A stretch of DNA of 53,191 bases, counting the filler, from Bipalium vagum (Eukaryota): the NCBI GenBank assembly GCA_037834085.1. It is 3 parts of 3 records of this genome, joined end to end, with 100 filler letters (N's around TTAATTAATTAA, not from the genome) between each part and the next. Parts side by side here need not be neighbours in the genome. Positions count along the whole stretch, not along the records: positions 1 to 16,272 come from JBBMKC010119413.1; 2 more parts are not named here. The stretch is one strand, 5' to 3'. The notes below the pieces were generated by a model that saw nothing but the letters and a program-made list of their open reading frames with translations, was not told where the DNA came from and ran no database searches. Below, piece by piece: positions 1 to 14,600 of the stretch. Both the position numbers and the translations under genes were made by a program. Positions within the stretch are counted from its first letter, which is position 1. Each line of letters opens with the position of its first letter.

Positions 1-80
1 AAAAAATCTGTCTTAGTTTTCATTTTTATTAAAAGATATTTAAAAAATAAAATAGTCAGTTACTTATGAAACACCCTTTA
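1..80. mobile_element. End of a Tc1/mariner-type element, TIR at 55-80
   Basis: GTCAGTTACTTATGAAACACCCTTTA is the reverse complement (25/26) of 53118-53143. Confidence 0.6.
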
Positions 81-1537
81 TTTATAATATTTTCTTTCAT
101 TTGAATTTCCTTATTTGATTAATTTTTTTGATAAAATATTTTGTTTTATTAAAACGATTTGAAAGAATCCTTTTTGATCTTTTCTCAATATATTTCTTAT
201 ACTTTTAAGATAATTATTATTATTTTACCTCGAAATCAAGAGTCAAAGATTTTTATGAATTTGTTTGAATAACTGTTGTACTTTTTCTCATTGTAAATAC
301 AATAAAATGTACATCATTGAGCAACCACACACATTTCGCTTATTTTATTATTCGTAAAATATAATATTTTTTTCTATTTATTTATATATCAAATATTTCG
401 ATTTCCTCAAATATCCTGTTGGTTCTTGTTAACAAAACTGTGAATATATCAAAACAGATTGACTGTCATCCTTTTCTGTGTACCTTAAAGACAATATTTA
501 CTTTTATAAATAAAATTGACAATTTGACAGGATGCATGTCAATCACGTAACATAATAAACTGTAGCCTTGGTTACAAGTGATTTTTGATATATACCAGAA
601 TGTCAGAAAACGGGAAATGATGGGAGATGTAAAAAAATAGTGAATTTTTACTAAAACATTTCAAAATTACTGAAATACAAAAAATAATACATACAAAGAC
701 CTTTTTCCTATCACTTTATAACTGGGGTTCTAACTCTTTTTATTTGTTTAAACCCATTAAATATAAATAAAGTGATTGTCAGGTTTTAATTCAGCTTTTG
801 ATTAACATATATGATGACCAAAAGAACATTTAATATAAATATAAATTTAAATAAATATATAATATATATTTTTAAACTTCAATATTTTCATTGAAAAATT
901 ATTTAAAATAATTTAAACCAATAATGATCTGGTATATTAAGATTAAAGATTATTCGTCAAATTATTTAAGTTGTATAAAAATTCAATTATTTTTGTTTGG
1001 CAATAAACTTTATTTTAAAAAAACCTTTATTATTTTTTATTTTTTACTTAGTATTTACTTTATATTTTATTTCTTTTACTTAATAAAAAATTAAATATTA
1101 TTAAATAAATAATATTTTTGCTCAATTTCTTTAATAAATTGTTTAGAAATTCATGAAAAAATATTCAAGTTATTATTTTTAAAGTAAATATAAATTTTAT
1201 ATTTTATATCTTAATTATATTACTCTATTTTATTTATTTTAATTAATATATAAAGTAATCCAAGTCAAATTTACCATTGACATCTTTATTATTTATTATT
1301 TTATTTTTAAAGACATTTAAAATATTTAAATAGTTATATAAATGATAATGATAAAAATAATAATATAATAATATAATATAATAATATTATTATAATTATT
1401 ATAATTATTATAGTATTATCTTAAAATATGAACACATAAAAGTGAAAACTATAATATGTTCTATTTCATTAACATTTATATAGAAATTAATGCCTTCTTA
1501 CTTTAATAACATTTTCTATAACTGGTTTTTAATTTAG

Positions 1538-2676
1538 ACCTAAAAGTGGGCATTAAGACATATCCAGAAATTGGAGCTGCTATTGAAAAGCAAATCGAAC
1601 AGGCAAAGCTCATCAGCCATGATCCTTGGAGATTGAAACTCATTCAGCTTTACGAGACTCAACGTGTACGTCATGGTATGATGACACTGGGTCCGTCAGG
1701 TGCCGGGAAAACAAAATGTATCAATATCCTTATGAAAGCGATGACAGACTGCGGAGAACCGCACAAAGAAATGAGAATGAACCCAAAAGCCATTACAGCC
1801 CCTCAGATGTTTGGCAGACTTGATGTTGCAACAAACGATTGGACTGATGGAATATTTTCAACATTGTGGCGAAGAACGCATAAAGTGAAAAAAGGAGAAC
1901 ATGTCTGGTTGATTCTTGATGGACCCGTTGATGCAATTTGGATTGAAAATCTCAACTCTGTCTTGGATGATAACAAAACTCTAACATTGGCAAATGGTGA
2001 CCGAATTCCAATGGCTCCTAATACAAAGATCATCTTTGAAGTGCACAACATTGATAACGCCTCACCAGCTACGGTTTCAAGAAACGGTATGGTCTACATG
2101 AGCAGCTCTATTCTTGACTGGCAACCTATCTTAAGAAGTTGGCTTTTGATTCTTGAAACACCGGACTCAATTTCTAGTGCAATCTTCAACACCTTTAACT
2201 TGATATTTACTGAAGCTTATAGATACGTTGCACAAACACTCTTTCCAAAAATAGTGACATTAGAATGCAACTATATTCGGCAGGCTATTGATTTACTTCA
2301 GGGCCTGATACAAGGACTGGACATCAAAGAAATTAAAACTAGCCATTTAGACCATTTAATTATGTTTTCCATAATGTGGTCCCTTGGTGCACTGCTAGAA
2401 TTGGAAGATAGACTGAAATTACAGGAACTGATGATTAGTAAGAAAAACCTTCCTCTTCCTAAATGTAGCAATGATGACACGATATTTGAATATGTTGTTA
2501 ACGATAAAGGTGAATGGGAGCACTGGAGCGCCCGAGTTCCTGAATATATTTATCCCACTGATCATGTCCCTGAATACATAAGTATCCTTGTACCGAATGT
2601 CGACAACACAAGAACAGATTTCCTAATCAATTGTATATCGAAGCAAAACAAGGCTGTGTTATTGATTGGAGAACAG
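1538..2676 (+). CDS. DNAH5: Dynein heavy chain exon (AAA2 to start of AAA3)
   Basis: tttag acceptor, ORF 1546..2712 with GPSGAGKT, donor CAG|gttggt. Confidence 0.93.
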
Positions 2677-5600
2677 GTTGGTTTAGCTTATAAATGTCTT
2701 AAAGATCTTTGAAATGTTTTATTTATATCTTACGTACCTCTGTTTTCAGGGAACTGCCAAGACAGTTATAGTCAAAGGATATTGTGGAAAATACAATCCA
2801 GAAGAACATATCTTCAAATCTCTGAACTTCTCCAGTGCTACTACTCCAAATATGTTTCAGAGAACCTTAGAAAGCTATGTGGATAAAAGAATGGGTTCGA
2901 CGTTTGGACCACCTGGTGGAAGAAAAATGACAGTGTTTGTTGATGATATTAATATGCCCATCATTAATGAATGGGGTGATCAAATCACTAATGAAATTGT
3001 AAGACAAATGATGGAAATGACGGGGGTTTATAACCTTGAGAAACCGGGAGATTTTACAACGATAGTCGACATTCAATTTATTGCCGCAATGATCCACCCT
3101 GGCGGTGGTCGAAACGATATACCTCAAAGATTAAAACGACAATTTAGTATTTTCAATTGTACTCTTCCAAGTAATGCATCAATTGATAAAATTTTCCGCA
3201 TTCTCGGCTGTGGTTACTTTTGTACTGAAAGAGGTTTTAGTAATGATGTGAAACAAACGGTTGACAAGCTGGTCGCTGCAACTCGGAAATTGTGGCAGAA
3301 GACTAAAGTGAAGATGTTGCCTACACCCGCAAAGTTCCACTATGTTTTCAACTTAAGAGATTTGAGCAGAATATGGCAAGGAATGTTGATAGTCGATAGT
3401 AATACCATCTCCTCTGGAAGTAAAGTAATGAGTCTTTGGAAACACGAATGTTTGAGAGTTATTACTGATCGCTTTACCGAGCAGTCCGACAAAGATTGGT
3501 TCGAAAAAACTTTAAAAATTACAGGTAAATATATTAATTTTATTTATTTTTTTCGTCATTGCAATGTCTTTACTCATAACAAGGTGTTTTCAACAAATTT
3601 TATTTTTATGACAATATTTTGGATATTTTCGAATCGCCTCTTGATTTTTCTGATATTTAAACAACTTTGTTTTTTATCTAAGATATTAATTACTTAATTT
3701 TATAATTTTATTAATTATTGTGCTCCTTAATATTATTTTAAAATTTTCAGTTTTAATTAAATATTTAAAAATTCTTTTGTTATAATTTAAGAAAAACTTT
3801 TTAAAACTTTAATTTAAAATTTAATTATTATTTTAATTATTAATTATTAATTATTAATTATTTATTATTTATTTAAGACATTCATATTAAATTAAAATTT
3901 TAAATATATCCTAACATTTATTAAAATAAATTAGCTAAGTTGTTAAAAAATATTTTTATTTAATTTATTATTATAATACCTATTAATAATACCGAAATAT
4001 ATAAAAATCTGAATTTATTAACCACTAAAAACTTGAAGTATTAAAAAAGAATTTCATTATTTTTCTATTCTTTAATTTTATGTTCTTATATGTCTTTTAT
4101 AATAATATTTGGATTGCTGAATTTAATTGTAAAGATATCTATAAATAATTGGAAAAGTAATTTATTAACAGATGAGAATTATTAAATATAAATATAAATA
4201 AAGTTCTATTTTGCAAAATATAATAATATCTTGATTGTTTCTTCAGGGAATTCTATTTTTATATATTTATTGTAGGTATTTCCGCAGAAATATGAGGCTT
4301 TATAGATATAATTTTAAAATTTGATTTTAGAAATGTTTATATTTTATGCCTTGACAATAAGTATTAATATAATAAGTATTAATTATAAGAATTAATATCC
4401 CTATTAATAAATAATATAAATCTTCAAATATATAATTATACAGGATGTGTATTAAATATCCGATTTTGTAGATCAGCAATATATATTTTAAAATTTTTCT
4501 AAGAAATTGAATTTTCGAAATTGAATGTAATTGTTTTAATAATTCGATGTCATCAAATTTAATTTGCATTAAATTCAATTTTTAATAATCTTCTTCATTG
4601 AAGAAAGAGTGCAATTGTTTCATTCAAATGGTATCATTCAAATTAGTCAGACGGCATTTAGAACATTTGAATTGGTAAATATACCTAAATCCATGACAAT
4701 GAGGAAGATATTTGCAACATTCAAAGAAATTGAAAGTGTTTGTGATTTGTTGAAGTCTACAAGACCATCAATTGAAGATGAAAAAATATGCGAAATAGGT
4801 GAAGTTTATAAAGAAATACATTTGATGTGCTAAGAAATCAAAAATATCTAAGACCTGAAAAATATTATTCGAATTGGTGTAGTTAGAACATCATCAGTGT
4901 AAAGTTAATCGTCATTCTGATGGAAAATATTAATAAATAAGTGTTACTGTCAAAATTTTCCGGTCTTATGTTGAGTATATTTTATGGTATTACATTTCAA
5001 AATCTAATAATTACCTTTTACACAACCTATATTAATAAAGTAAGTATTAAACATGATGATTATTATTATAATTATTATTAGATAATAAAATTAAGAAGGT
5101 TAAGAATTGTCAAGATAAAAGTAAGCGACAGCTTTTCAAATCTATTACTTTTCAGGAGAAGAAGAATGTGGTTCAAGCATTTCTTCCGGTATGCAAGAAG
5201 AACCCTATTTTGTTGATTTTCTTCGAGATGCTCCAGAACCTACTGGGGAAGAGGCTGATGATTCTGAATTAGAAGCTCCAAAAATATATGAACCTATTGA
5301 AACTTACGACCAACTAAATGAAAGACTCGTTCAATGTATGGCATCTTATAACGAAAATGTTCGGGGAGGAAAACTGGATCTTGTATTTTTCAAAGACGCC
5401 ATGACGCATCTGGTTAAAATTTCAAGAATCATAAGAACTACTAAGGGACATGCATTACTGGTGGGAGTTGGAGGCTCTGGAAAACAAAGCCTTACAAGAT
5501 TGGCCTCTTTCATTGCAAACTACGAAACGTTTCAAATTACTTTGACAAGGTTTACTCTTAATTATTATCAGTACTGTGTCAATTATTACATTTAACATGT

Positions 5601-8600
5601 TTGTATAGTCAGATATTTTAAGTTAATCCATTTTACAATGTTAATCGAGAAGAAAAAACAGTAAGTCCATTAAGCCCGCTCTCTCAACGTTTGATGGTTG
5701 AATGAGTGTATGAATTGGTTTTATGATGTCTCCTTCAATACTTTATTTATTGATGCAAATCTAAAAGGAGACAGTATCGAAATTAAAACAAAAACATTTC
5801 CAAAATCTAAAATGATAATTTATCTACAATATTCAGTATTAAATACAAAAAGCCAAATTTTGCGAGACTGTTTCATTGTATATTCCTTTTATTTTATTTT
5901 CTTTACATTTTTTTCTTTTTAAGTCGTACTTTTTCTTAGAAAGAATTTACCAGTAATTTTTTACATATATATAAACCAAATAAACTATTTTGAAATATTT
6001 ATAAATAATATAACATTTTTATAATATATATTATTTATTATTATTAATTTTATTAATTATTTAACAAATATCGTTTAATTAATTTTAATTATTAAATCAA
6101 TTATTTATTTATTTTCAAATTTTTTATTTCAATAATTATATTTTCTCAATAATTATAATAATTAATTAATATCTCTGTTCCAATTTCTTTATTTTATTTT
6201 CAAAAGAAAACATGAGATTTCATAATAATAAATAAATAATTATACTTTCAGTTTTCAAATATTTCATAAAATATATTAATTAATATTATCAGTAGATAAG
6301 TTATTTTAATTACTTATTTATAAATATAAAATCTTTAATGAATTAATTATTTATTATAAAAGTTTAAGTTAATTTTTACCATGAAATAAAATTATTCTGA
6401 AATATTAAAATTTAGTATTGATTGTTTTCCAGAAATAAAAATCTGAGGTCAAAATATTAATGAAAATGTATTATTTTTATTTTTTCAGGTCTTATAATAT
6501 AACTAATTTAATGGAGGATCTGAAATCGTTGTACCGTACGGCCGGACAAATGGGAAAGGGAATCACGTTCTTATTTACCGACAATGAAATCAAGGATGAA
6601 AGCTTCTTAGAATTTCTGAACAACATGTTAAGCTCCGGAGAAATTGCTAATCTTTTTGCCAGAGATGAGATGGATGAAATTTTGCAAGAGCTCATCGGTG
6701 TTATGAAAAAGGAATTTCCTCGAAGGCCCCCTACAAATGAGATTCTCCAAGAATATTACATGAGCAGAGTTTTGAAATATTTACACGTAGTTCTGTGTTT
6801 TTCTCCGGTTGGAGAAAAGTTTCGTAATCGCTCATTGAGATTTCCCGGTCTGATTTCCGGTTGCACCATCGATTGGTTCCAGAGGTGGCCAAAAGACGCT
6901 TTGATCGCTGTTTCTAATTATTTCCTGTCGACATTTGAAATAGTTTGCACTACAGAGGTAAAGAAAGCGGTCGTTAACACAATGGGAACTTTTCAAGTAA
7001 AAATAAGTTTATAAATATTAAGATGATTTTATTGACCTGTGAAAAATTACCATCTGAAAGTGAACAAAAATAATATTGATAATTTATCATATAGTTTTTT
7101 AATCATTAATCCGTCTAAAGTTAAATATTATAAAAAGTAAAGGTTAGGTATCAGAACTTTAATATTATTAATATTACCAACGATTTCTATTTGTCTATGA
7201 GTTATGTATACACTTTTTAGTTAAACCTGTGGTTTTTTGAATATTAATTATTAAATTAATTTCTTTGTTGTAGTAAAAAAATCATAAAAATAAATTAATT
7301 CAAGCCATTATCATTGGTTTTTTTTAGAGAGGGGTTATCTGATATCTCACTTCTTCTCTTAAGAAGGTCTTTAGGTCTATTTCGAAACTTCTTGATAAAC
7401 TCTAGATTGACATAGATAAGTTTCTGCAGTATGAAATAATGTATTTCAGTAATCATTGAACGAGACAATGAGGGAAGTAAAAATTACTAATTAAAATATT
7501 TTTCATTACTATTGAAACACTCTTCTTGACAAGAAGATAATAGTTTATTGTTTCTAACTTCATAACACTCCAGACTTCAGAATTAAAAAAGAGTGAGATA
7601 TATCATTTGGTCTTGGAAAGGTTTTATTGACATGAAGATAATTCAAGTGCTTGAACATATGATGCAGCATTGATATTTTCAATTGCCGTGATACATTATG
7701 CTTGAGTTTAAACTCGTAAAATATGCATATTCAAGTCTGTAAATCTATCAAACTTAGAAAGGGATGAAAAATAAAACTTTATTTTAAGTTAATATGCTAA
7801 AATGTACAATATAAATAAGCTTTGAAATTCCCACTTTAATTTCGTATATTTAAACAAGATGTGCAATTATTACACATTAGACAATTTTATTTTAAAAGTT
7901 TTGATGAAAAATTTAAAATCTCATACTGGAAAACGTAATAATAATGAACTTTTTTCTTAAAACATTACTTGTGGTTCTGTAGAATAATTTTGAAGCATTA
8001 TCCTGCCAAGAACGATACCAAATTTGGTAGGCTTTTTGATTCATTTTCTAAAGGTTGTGTTCTTATGGCCCGTAACATTTATCATTCTGAAATGTAAATT
8101 TTATTATGCTAAATTAAAATATTAAAATAATATCCAATGATTCAAACAAATATTTATATTTAAGCAAAAGGCGAATTTCATATTACCAACTTTGCATTTC
8201 CGTTTTAACAGAAATTTCGGTACGTGAATTAAAAATATAAATAATTATTAATTTTAATATAATAAAACTCTTTTAGATTTACTTAAAATCTCTGAACAAA
8301 TTTCTTATAAATTATTTTAACATTTTCTTTCTATATTTTATTTATTTATTTAATATTTAATAGTTGACCTATTATTTATTTAATGTTTCCATGTATTATT
8401 TTAAGATCCTATAATATTATTTTTTTATAAAAAGGATCTCGTTTCCGAAAACTGCATCAATTATTTCCAAAGGTTCAGAAGATTAACTCACGTCACACCA
8501 AAATCTTACTTGTCATTTATTTCTGGATACAAAGAAGTATACATTAAAAAGAAGGATGAAATAGGAATGTTATCCACCAGGATGAACACAGGTCTTAAAA

Positions 8601-11600
8601 AATTAGTGGAGGCTACTGAATCGGTTGCTGAACTAAGTAAAGAGCTGGAAGTAAAGGAAAAGGAGTTGGCAGTAGCCAGCAAAAAGGCCGGAGAGGTATT
8701 GGCCCAAGTAGAAATTAAGGCATCGGCAGCACAAAAAGTTAAAGAGCAGGTACAAGTTGTTAAGGACAGAGCAGAAGCTCTGGTTAACAGCATTTCTCGA
8801 GATAAAGCAATTGCAGAAGAAAAGTTAGAAGCTGCCAAACCTGCTTTGCAAGAAGCTGAAGAAGCTCTAGAAACGATTAAGCCGCAGCATATTGCTACTG
8901 TTAAAAAATTAGGTCGTCCTCCTCATTTAATAATGCGAATTATGGATTGTGTATTGATATTATTCAAAAAGCGCCTAGATACTGTAACTCCAGATCCTGA
9001 AAGACCATGTCCAAAACCGAATTGGGAAGAAGCCGTTAAGCTAATGTCAGGAAGCAACTTTTTAACTTCTCTACTAAATTTTCAGAAAGTAAAACATACT
9101 TTGAAGATAAGCCTGTAATTACTATTTATAGGATACCATTAATGATGAAACGGTGGATCTTATGGAACCTTATTTCAATATGGAAGATTTTAACTTCGCA
9201 TCGGCCAAGAATGTCAGTGGTGACGTTGCTGGTCTATGCTCATGGACAAAGGCTATGGCAGCCTTCTTTGCGATAAACAAAGAAGTATTGCCACTGAAGG
9301 TTAGTTGAACGATTTTTAATATTCATAATAAATCGTTCTTAATCAATTGTTAAGATTGGGTTTCGATTTCATTGAATTTAGTCTGATCAAAAATAGTAAC
9401 TTTAATTTTATAAACTGGTTCGGTAATTATTTCTAATCTTCAACTTTTGTGGTCTATTTCTAATTTCTTTAATCTTCATCATTCTCAAGAGCCTCTTCAG
9501 AACTTCTTAAGCTCTAAAAATATTTATATTATTTTTAATTTTCATTATTATATTAAAAATATTTATTTATTTAAGCTTAATCTGAAGATTCAGATCAAAT
9601 TCAGTTACAAAATGAAAAGATTATAAATTTTATTAATTAATTTACAAAGAAATTTTTCATGTCACCACGCGATAATGAACCCCAAAGGTCCAGTAATTCC
9701 TTGAGGTCTAGTTCTAATCGTCTCTCAATATCTGCCGTGTCGATGTTTGTTGATTTCCGTATCTGATTTTTGTAGTATAATTTTCTTTTTTGATCTTTGT
9801 GCCTTATTGAGTCCTCTTCTCAATGCAATGGTGAGAGTCTTAGCAATAAGATTTTAAAAACCACAAAGACACGGTTTTTTAATAAAAATAATTATTTACA
9901 ATTAAATGAATTAATTATTTTTTACTTTAATAATATTATTATGAGATAAATTGAAAATTTGTCGGGAAATGTAGCGGTAGAGTATTTCATGCACATGTGA
10001 AAAGTTCGAATCCCAGTATCTCCGATTTATTTACAACTAACAATTATAATAAAATTATAATAGTTGATTCTTTTGATTGGCTCAAAATCTTTTAGACAAA
10101 CTTGGCAGTTCAACAAAGTAAACTGGAATCTGCTATGCGAGAACTAAACAATGCTCAAGAAATATTGGATGCTAAGCAGAAAGAGCTTGATATTGTTCAG
10201 GCCGAGTATAACCAAGCCATGGATGAAAAGCAAGCCTTGATCGATGATGCAGAGTCCTGTAGACGGAAAATGACAAACGCAAAAGCCTTAATTGGAGGTC
10301 TGGCCGGTGAACGAGAACGATGGACAGAAGCCAGTAAAACATTTGACAAACAAATCAAACAGTTGGTTGGGGATGTACTTATCGTAACTGCCTTTTTGTC
10401 ATATTGTGGGCCATTCAATCAGGACTTCAGAAATATTTTACAAAGAAGTTGGAAAAATGAACTGATTACCCATAGAATCCCATTTACAAATGTAATATAT
10501 CAGTTTCAAAATATTATTCTGTGTAATACTTTTTCTAATATAGGATATGACCGCTGTCACTATGCTGACTGACAATGCCACAATCAGTGAATGGAATATT
10601 CAAGGTTTACCAAATGATGAACTGTCTATTCAGAATGGTCTTATCGTAACAAGATCACCAAGATATCCATTATTGATTGATCCACAAGGTCAAGGAAAAT
10701 CATGGATTAAAAATAAAGAAAAAAATAATGAGCTTCAAATTACAGCATTAAATCATAAATACTTTCGTAATCACCTAGAAGACGCTTTATCACTTGGAAG
10801 ACCGTTGCTAATTGAAGACGTAGGAGAAGAGATTGATCCTGCACTGGATAATGTTTTAGAAAAGAATTTTATAAAATCAGGTCGCACACTTAAAGTTAAG
10901 GTTGGTGATAAAGAAGTAGATGTTATGACTGGCTTTCAATTATATGTTACAACTAAATTACCAAATCCTTCTTATACGCCAGAAATATTTGCAAAGACCT
11001 CCATCATTGATTTTACAGTAACCATTAAAGGTCTTGAAGACCAATTATTAGGTATTGTAATATTAACAGAAAAACAAGTTTGTGAAATTTTTTTCGAAAA
11101 GCTCATTTTACTTCTTTTCATTTTTCAGGAATTAGAGGCTGAAAGAACTAAATTGATGGAAGAAGTTACGGAAAATAAGAGAAAGACTAAAGAATTAGAG
11201 GATAATCTTCTTTATCGTCTTACGTCAACAGAAGGCAGTCTGGTTGAAGATGAGTCGCTCATAGAAGTGCTACGAGTCACTAAGGTAACAGCGGAAGATG
11301 TGCAGCAAAAGCTGATAATTGGAAGAGATACCGAAATCAAAATTAATTCGGCTCGTGAGGAATATCGACCTGTCGCAACAAGAGGATCCATATTATACTT
11401 TCTCATTGTAGAGATGAGTATGGTCAATGTGATGTACCAAACATCCCTGAAACAGTTTCTGGGTTTGTTTGATAAGAGTATGGCGTTGTCTCAGAAATCT
11501 CCTATAACTCCCAAGAGAATTAACAATATCATCGAATACTTGACCTATGAGGTCTTTCGGTATACAGCAAGAGGATTTTACGAGAGCGACAAATTTACTT

Positions 11601-14600
11601 TTACGATTCTTTTAACAATGAAGATCGCTTTAAAATCTGGTCAGATCAAACACGAAGAATTTCAGATATTCATAAAAGGTTTACTTAAGAAATTTTTAAA
11701 GCTTTTTGAAAATATAAAATAATTTCTAAACTATTTCTTTTAATTATTTCCGATTATTCATTTATAATATGTTTTATACTTTTTAATAATCACTTAATTA
11801 CATTATACAGAATCACAATTCCATTATTTATAAATATTAGCTCAACTTCTATTTCTAATAATAATAATAATAACAAAATAAAAATTAATAATTACAGTTA
11901 AAATTATATTGCTTAGTAATTTCCAGTTTCCAAAAGGTATTTTAAGATCTTATCAAAAAATGAAAAATATTTTTCTTATATACAGGATGTTCGATATGAA
12001 TCGGAAATATTTTCCATGTGACGTATTAAACATCGTCTTTCTTTTAAATCCACTCAACTTTCATTTGTTTAACTAAGCCAATTTATCGATAATATTAATT
12101 ATGGAAAAATAAATTTTATAATTGTAGATAACTGCAGAATATGATACATGAGAAGCAATGATAAAATGGCTTCACATCAGCCTTCGAAAATTACTAATTG
12201 ATTGTAGCAAGATAACATAATATAAAATCACTAAAAGGTTTCAAAGGAGGTTGACAAAAATAATATAAATAAAAAAAGAAAAACTTTAATATAAAGTTAA
12301 CTCAAAAAGAAATTTAAATTTCATGGCCGATTTAAGAGAGAAGATTGGTGTTGATAGTTCAAAATTACAGATGATCCAGCAAAGGAAATAAATGTAGTCA
12401 AGTCAGCAGTTAGCGTAGAAATAAGGCAGGATATATGTTAAAAATTGTATGTCCTACGAAGGCATATTTTGACAGAAAAGTAAAAGTCAAGCCAAAAACT
12501 TCAGGAACATATTTTACTTAATGATATGAATCATGGCAGTATTTAAGGTTAAAAGCACTTCGTTAAGACAATTAAATAATTAAGTAAAAATATTGTTGGA
12601 TCTGCAGAAATGCTTCTGATATTTCGGCTACCATGTATAATAAGTTCTTAGCATCTGCCATGGTGTTAGCTGTGTTTTCTAGTGAACGTGAGGTCATAGT
12701 TCCTAACTTTATTAATGAAATTTTGTGGTCAACACAGACATATATAAACATACTCGAGATGGTTATGAAACAATGAGTGGAGAAATTACCAGGTGTGAAA
12801 GAGCAGATCTTGCAAAGAGACTCTGTTTCGGATCGAAAAGCAATGAACATTTAACCATGGGTTTATAAAATTTTAACTGACTATTGATCACTCAATTTGT
12901 GGCCTTCATCCAGATCTAACTACAATCTTCTCGATTATTATCTATGGATCGTATTTGAAGTACAAGTCAGTGTGAAAGGTCACTGGACTTACAGATCATT
13001 TTAAAATGCTGTCAAGAAGATAATTGAAATTTAGAATTGGGAATTGCAGATTTCGGTCCATGTTAGAAGTGATCTTGAATATCTTTCATAGACTTTCATT
13101 TGCTGTATACTAAGTTTATTTAAAAACATTTACCAGATTCTTATTTATATGGCTTTATTTATTGCATAATAACACTATTTTCATAAAGAATTATAAATTC
13201 TAGGTGGAGCTGCTTTGGATCTTAATGCAGTAGAGCCAAAACCAAAGAAATGGATTCAAGATTTAACTTGGCTTAATTTGGTGGAATTAAGCAAACTCCC
13301 TTACTTTGCTCAAATTACTGAGTTAGTATCGAAAAACGACAAGGTTAATCTTGGCTGATAAATAGTCAATTAAAGTCCATTCGAATTGCTTTTAGGGATG
13401 GAAAACATGGTTTGACTCTGATGCACCAGAAGAGTCTCATATACCAGATGGTCTAGACACTTTAGACACATTTAAGAAATTATTATTACTTCGATCCTGG
13501 TGTCCCGACAGAACAGTGCCAATGGCTAAGAAATATATTGAAGAAACCATGGGGATCAAATTTGCCGAAGGTATAATCACTAATCTTGAAGAAATGCAAG
13601 AAGAGGGCGATCGAAATACTCCAATGATTTGCTTTTTATCCATGGGTTCTGATCCAACAGATAATATTGAAAGACTTGCAAAAAAGAAGAATCTGAGTTA
13701 TTGTTCATTTCAAATATCCATCTGTTTACGTTCAATATTATAGAATGCGGATCTATTTCTATGGGACAAGGTCAAGAGGTTCATGCTAGAAAACTTCTCA
13801 GTATCAGTATGCAAGAGGGTCGATGGATGTTACTTCAAAATTGTCATTTAGGATTAAATTTTATGGACGAATTTATGGAAATAGTAAATAATTATGTTAC
13901 TTGTCTTAAATATTACCTTAACATTTCGAAGATTCTCTTTTAAATTTAATTTCTTTTACAGCTGTCACTCAAGATTTTACAATTTTGTTTTCTCTTTTCT
14001 TAGTTTCATTCACTAAATGCATAACGTGTCCATTTTCTTTCTTTTCGAATCATTCCCATTGCTCGAAATCAATCAAAAATTGCTTGCTGGCTACCATGTA
14101 AGACCTCTGTAAGTTCTCGATGAGTTTGTGTATTGTCTTTATCCAACAAATCTGTATCTTGTATCTTCGAAATTTTCTGATTGCCCTGGATGTTGGGTGT
14201 TTCGCACATTAAATTTTTAGTTTTTAAATCAATTGAACCAACGTTCGCATATTTTTTGAGTTAGAGCTTTGTCACTATAGGATTCCACAATAATACGGTA
14301 ACTCTCAGCAGCATTTTTCTTTTGAAGATAAAGCAGAAAAAAATATTTTTCAGCTATTCACTTTTCATCCAATTTAATGATTGACTCAAAAACCATGGTG
14401 TTTTTGGTAGTGTGGAATGGAATTCCGGTTATGGTGAGTCGCACAGCCTTGTTTACATCTCTGAGCTGATGCGGCACACAGTTCTGCATCGATTATTCTT
14501 TCCAATTGAATGTAAGTGCAATATATAATGGTTAAATAATGGCAGTAAAATTCCTCTGCCAGTTGACGACCAGTTTGTGTTGTTTTCAACTCAACGATGT

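Noticed and set aside
2677-2749. Apparent stop and frameshift between ORFs 1546..2712 and 2714..3697, suggesting two genes or a pseudogene
   Set aside because: A 73-nt GT-AG intron restores GEQGTAKT.
6997-9118. Two dynein ORFs both ending in KISL*
   Set aside because: Both tails are intron read-through and differ at the nucleotide level; treated as coincidence.
9660-9880. Possible non-LTR retroelement C-terminal scrap on the - strand (IRKS...TADIERRL)
   Set aside because: Similarity is too short and weak to support without a search.
1626-13643. Antisense and alternate-frame ORFs overlapping dynein exons (e.g. 1803..2051, 2867..3127, 8506..8838, 11212..11427)
   Set aside because: Shadow ORFs expected from higher-GC coding sequence; no independent motifs.
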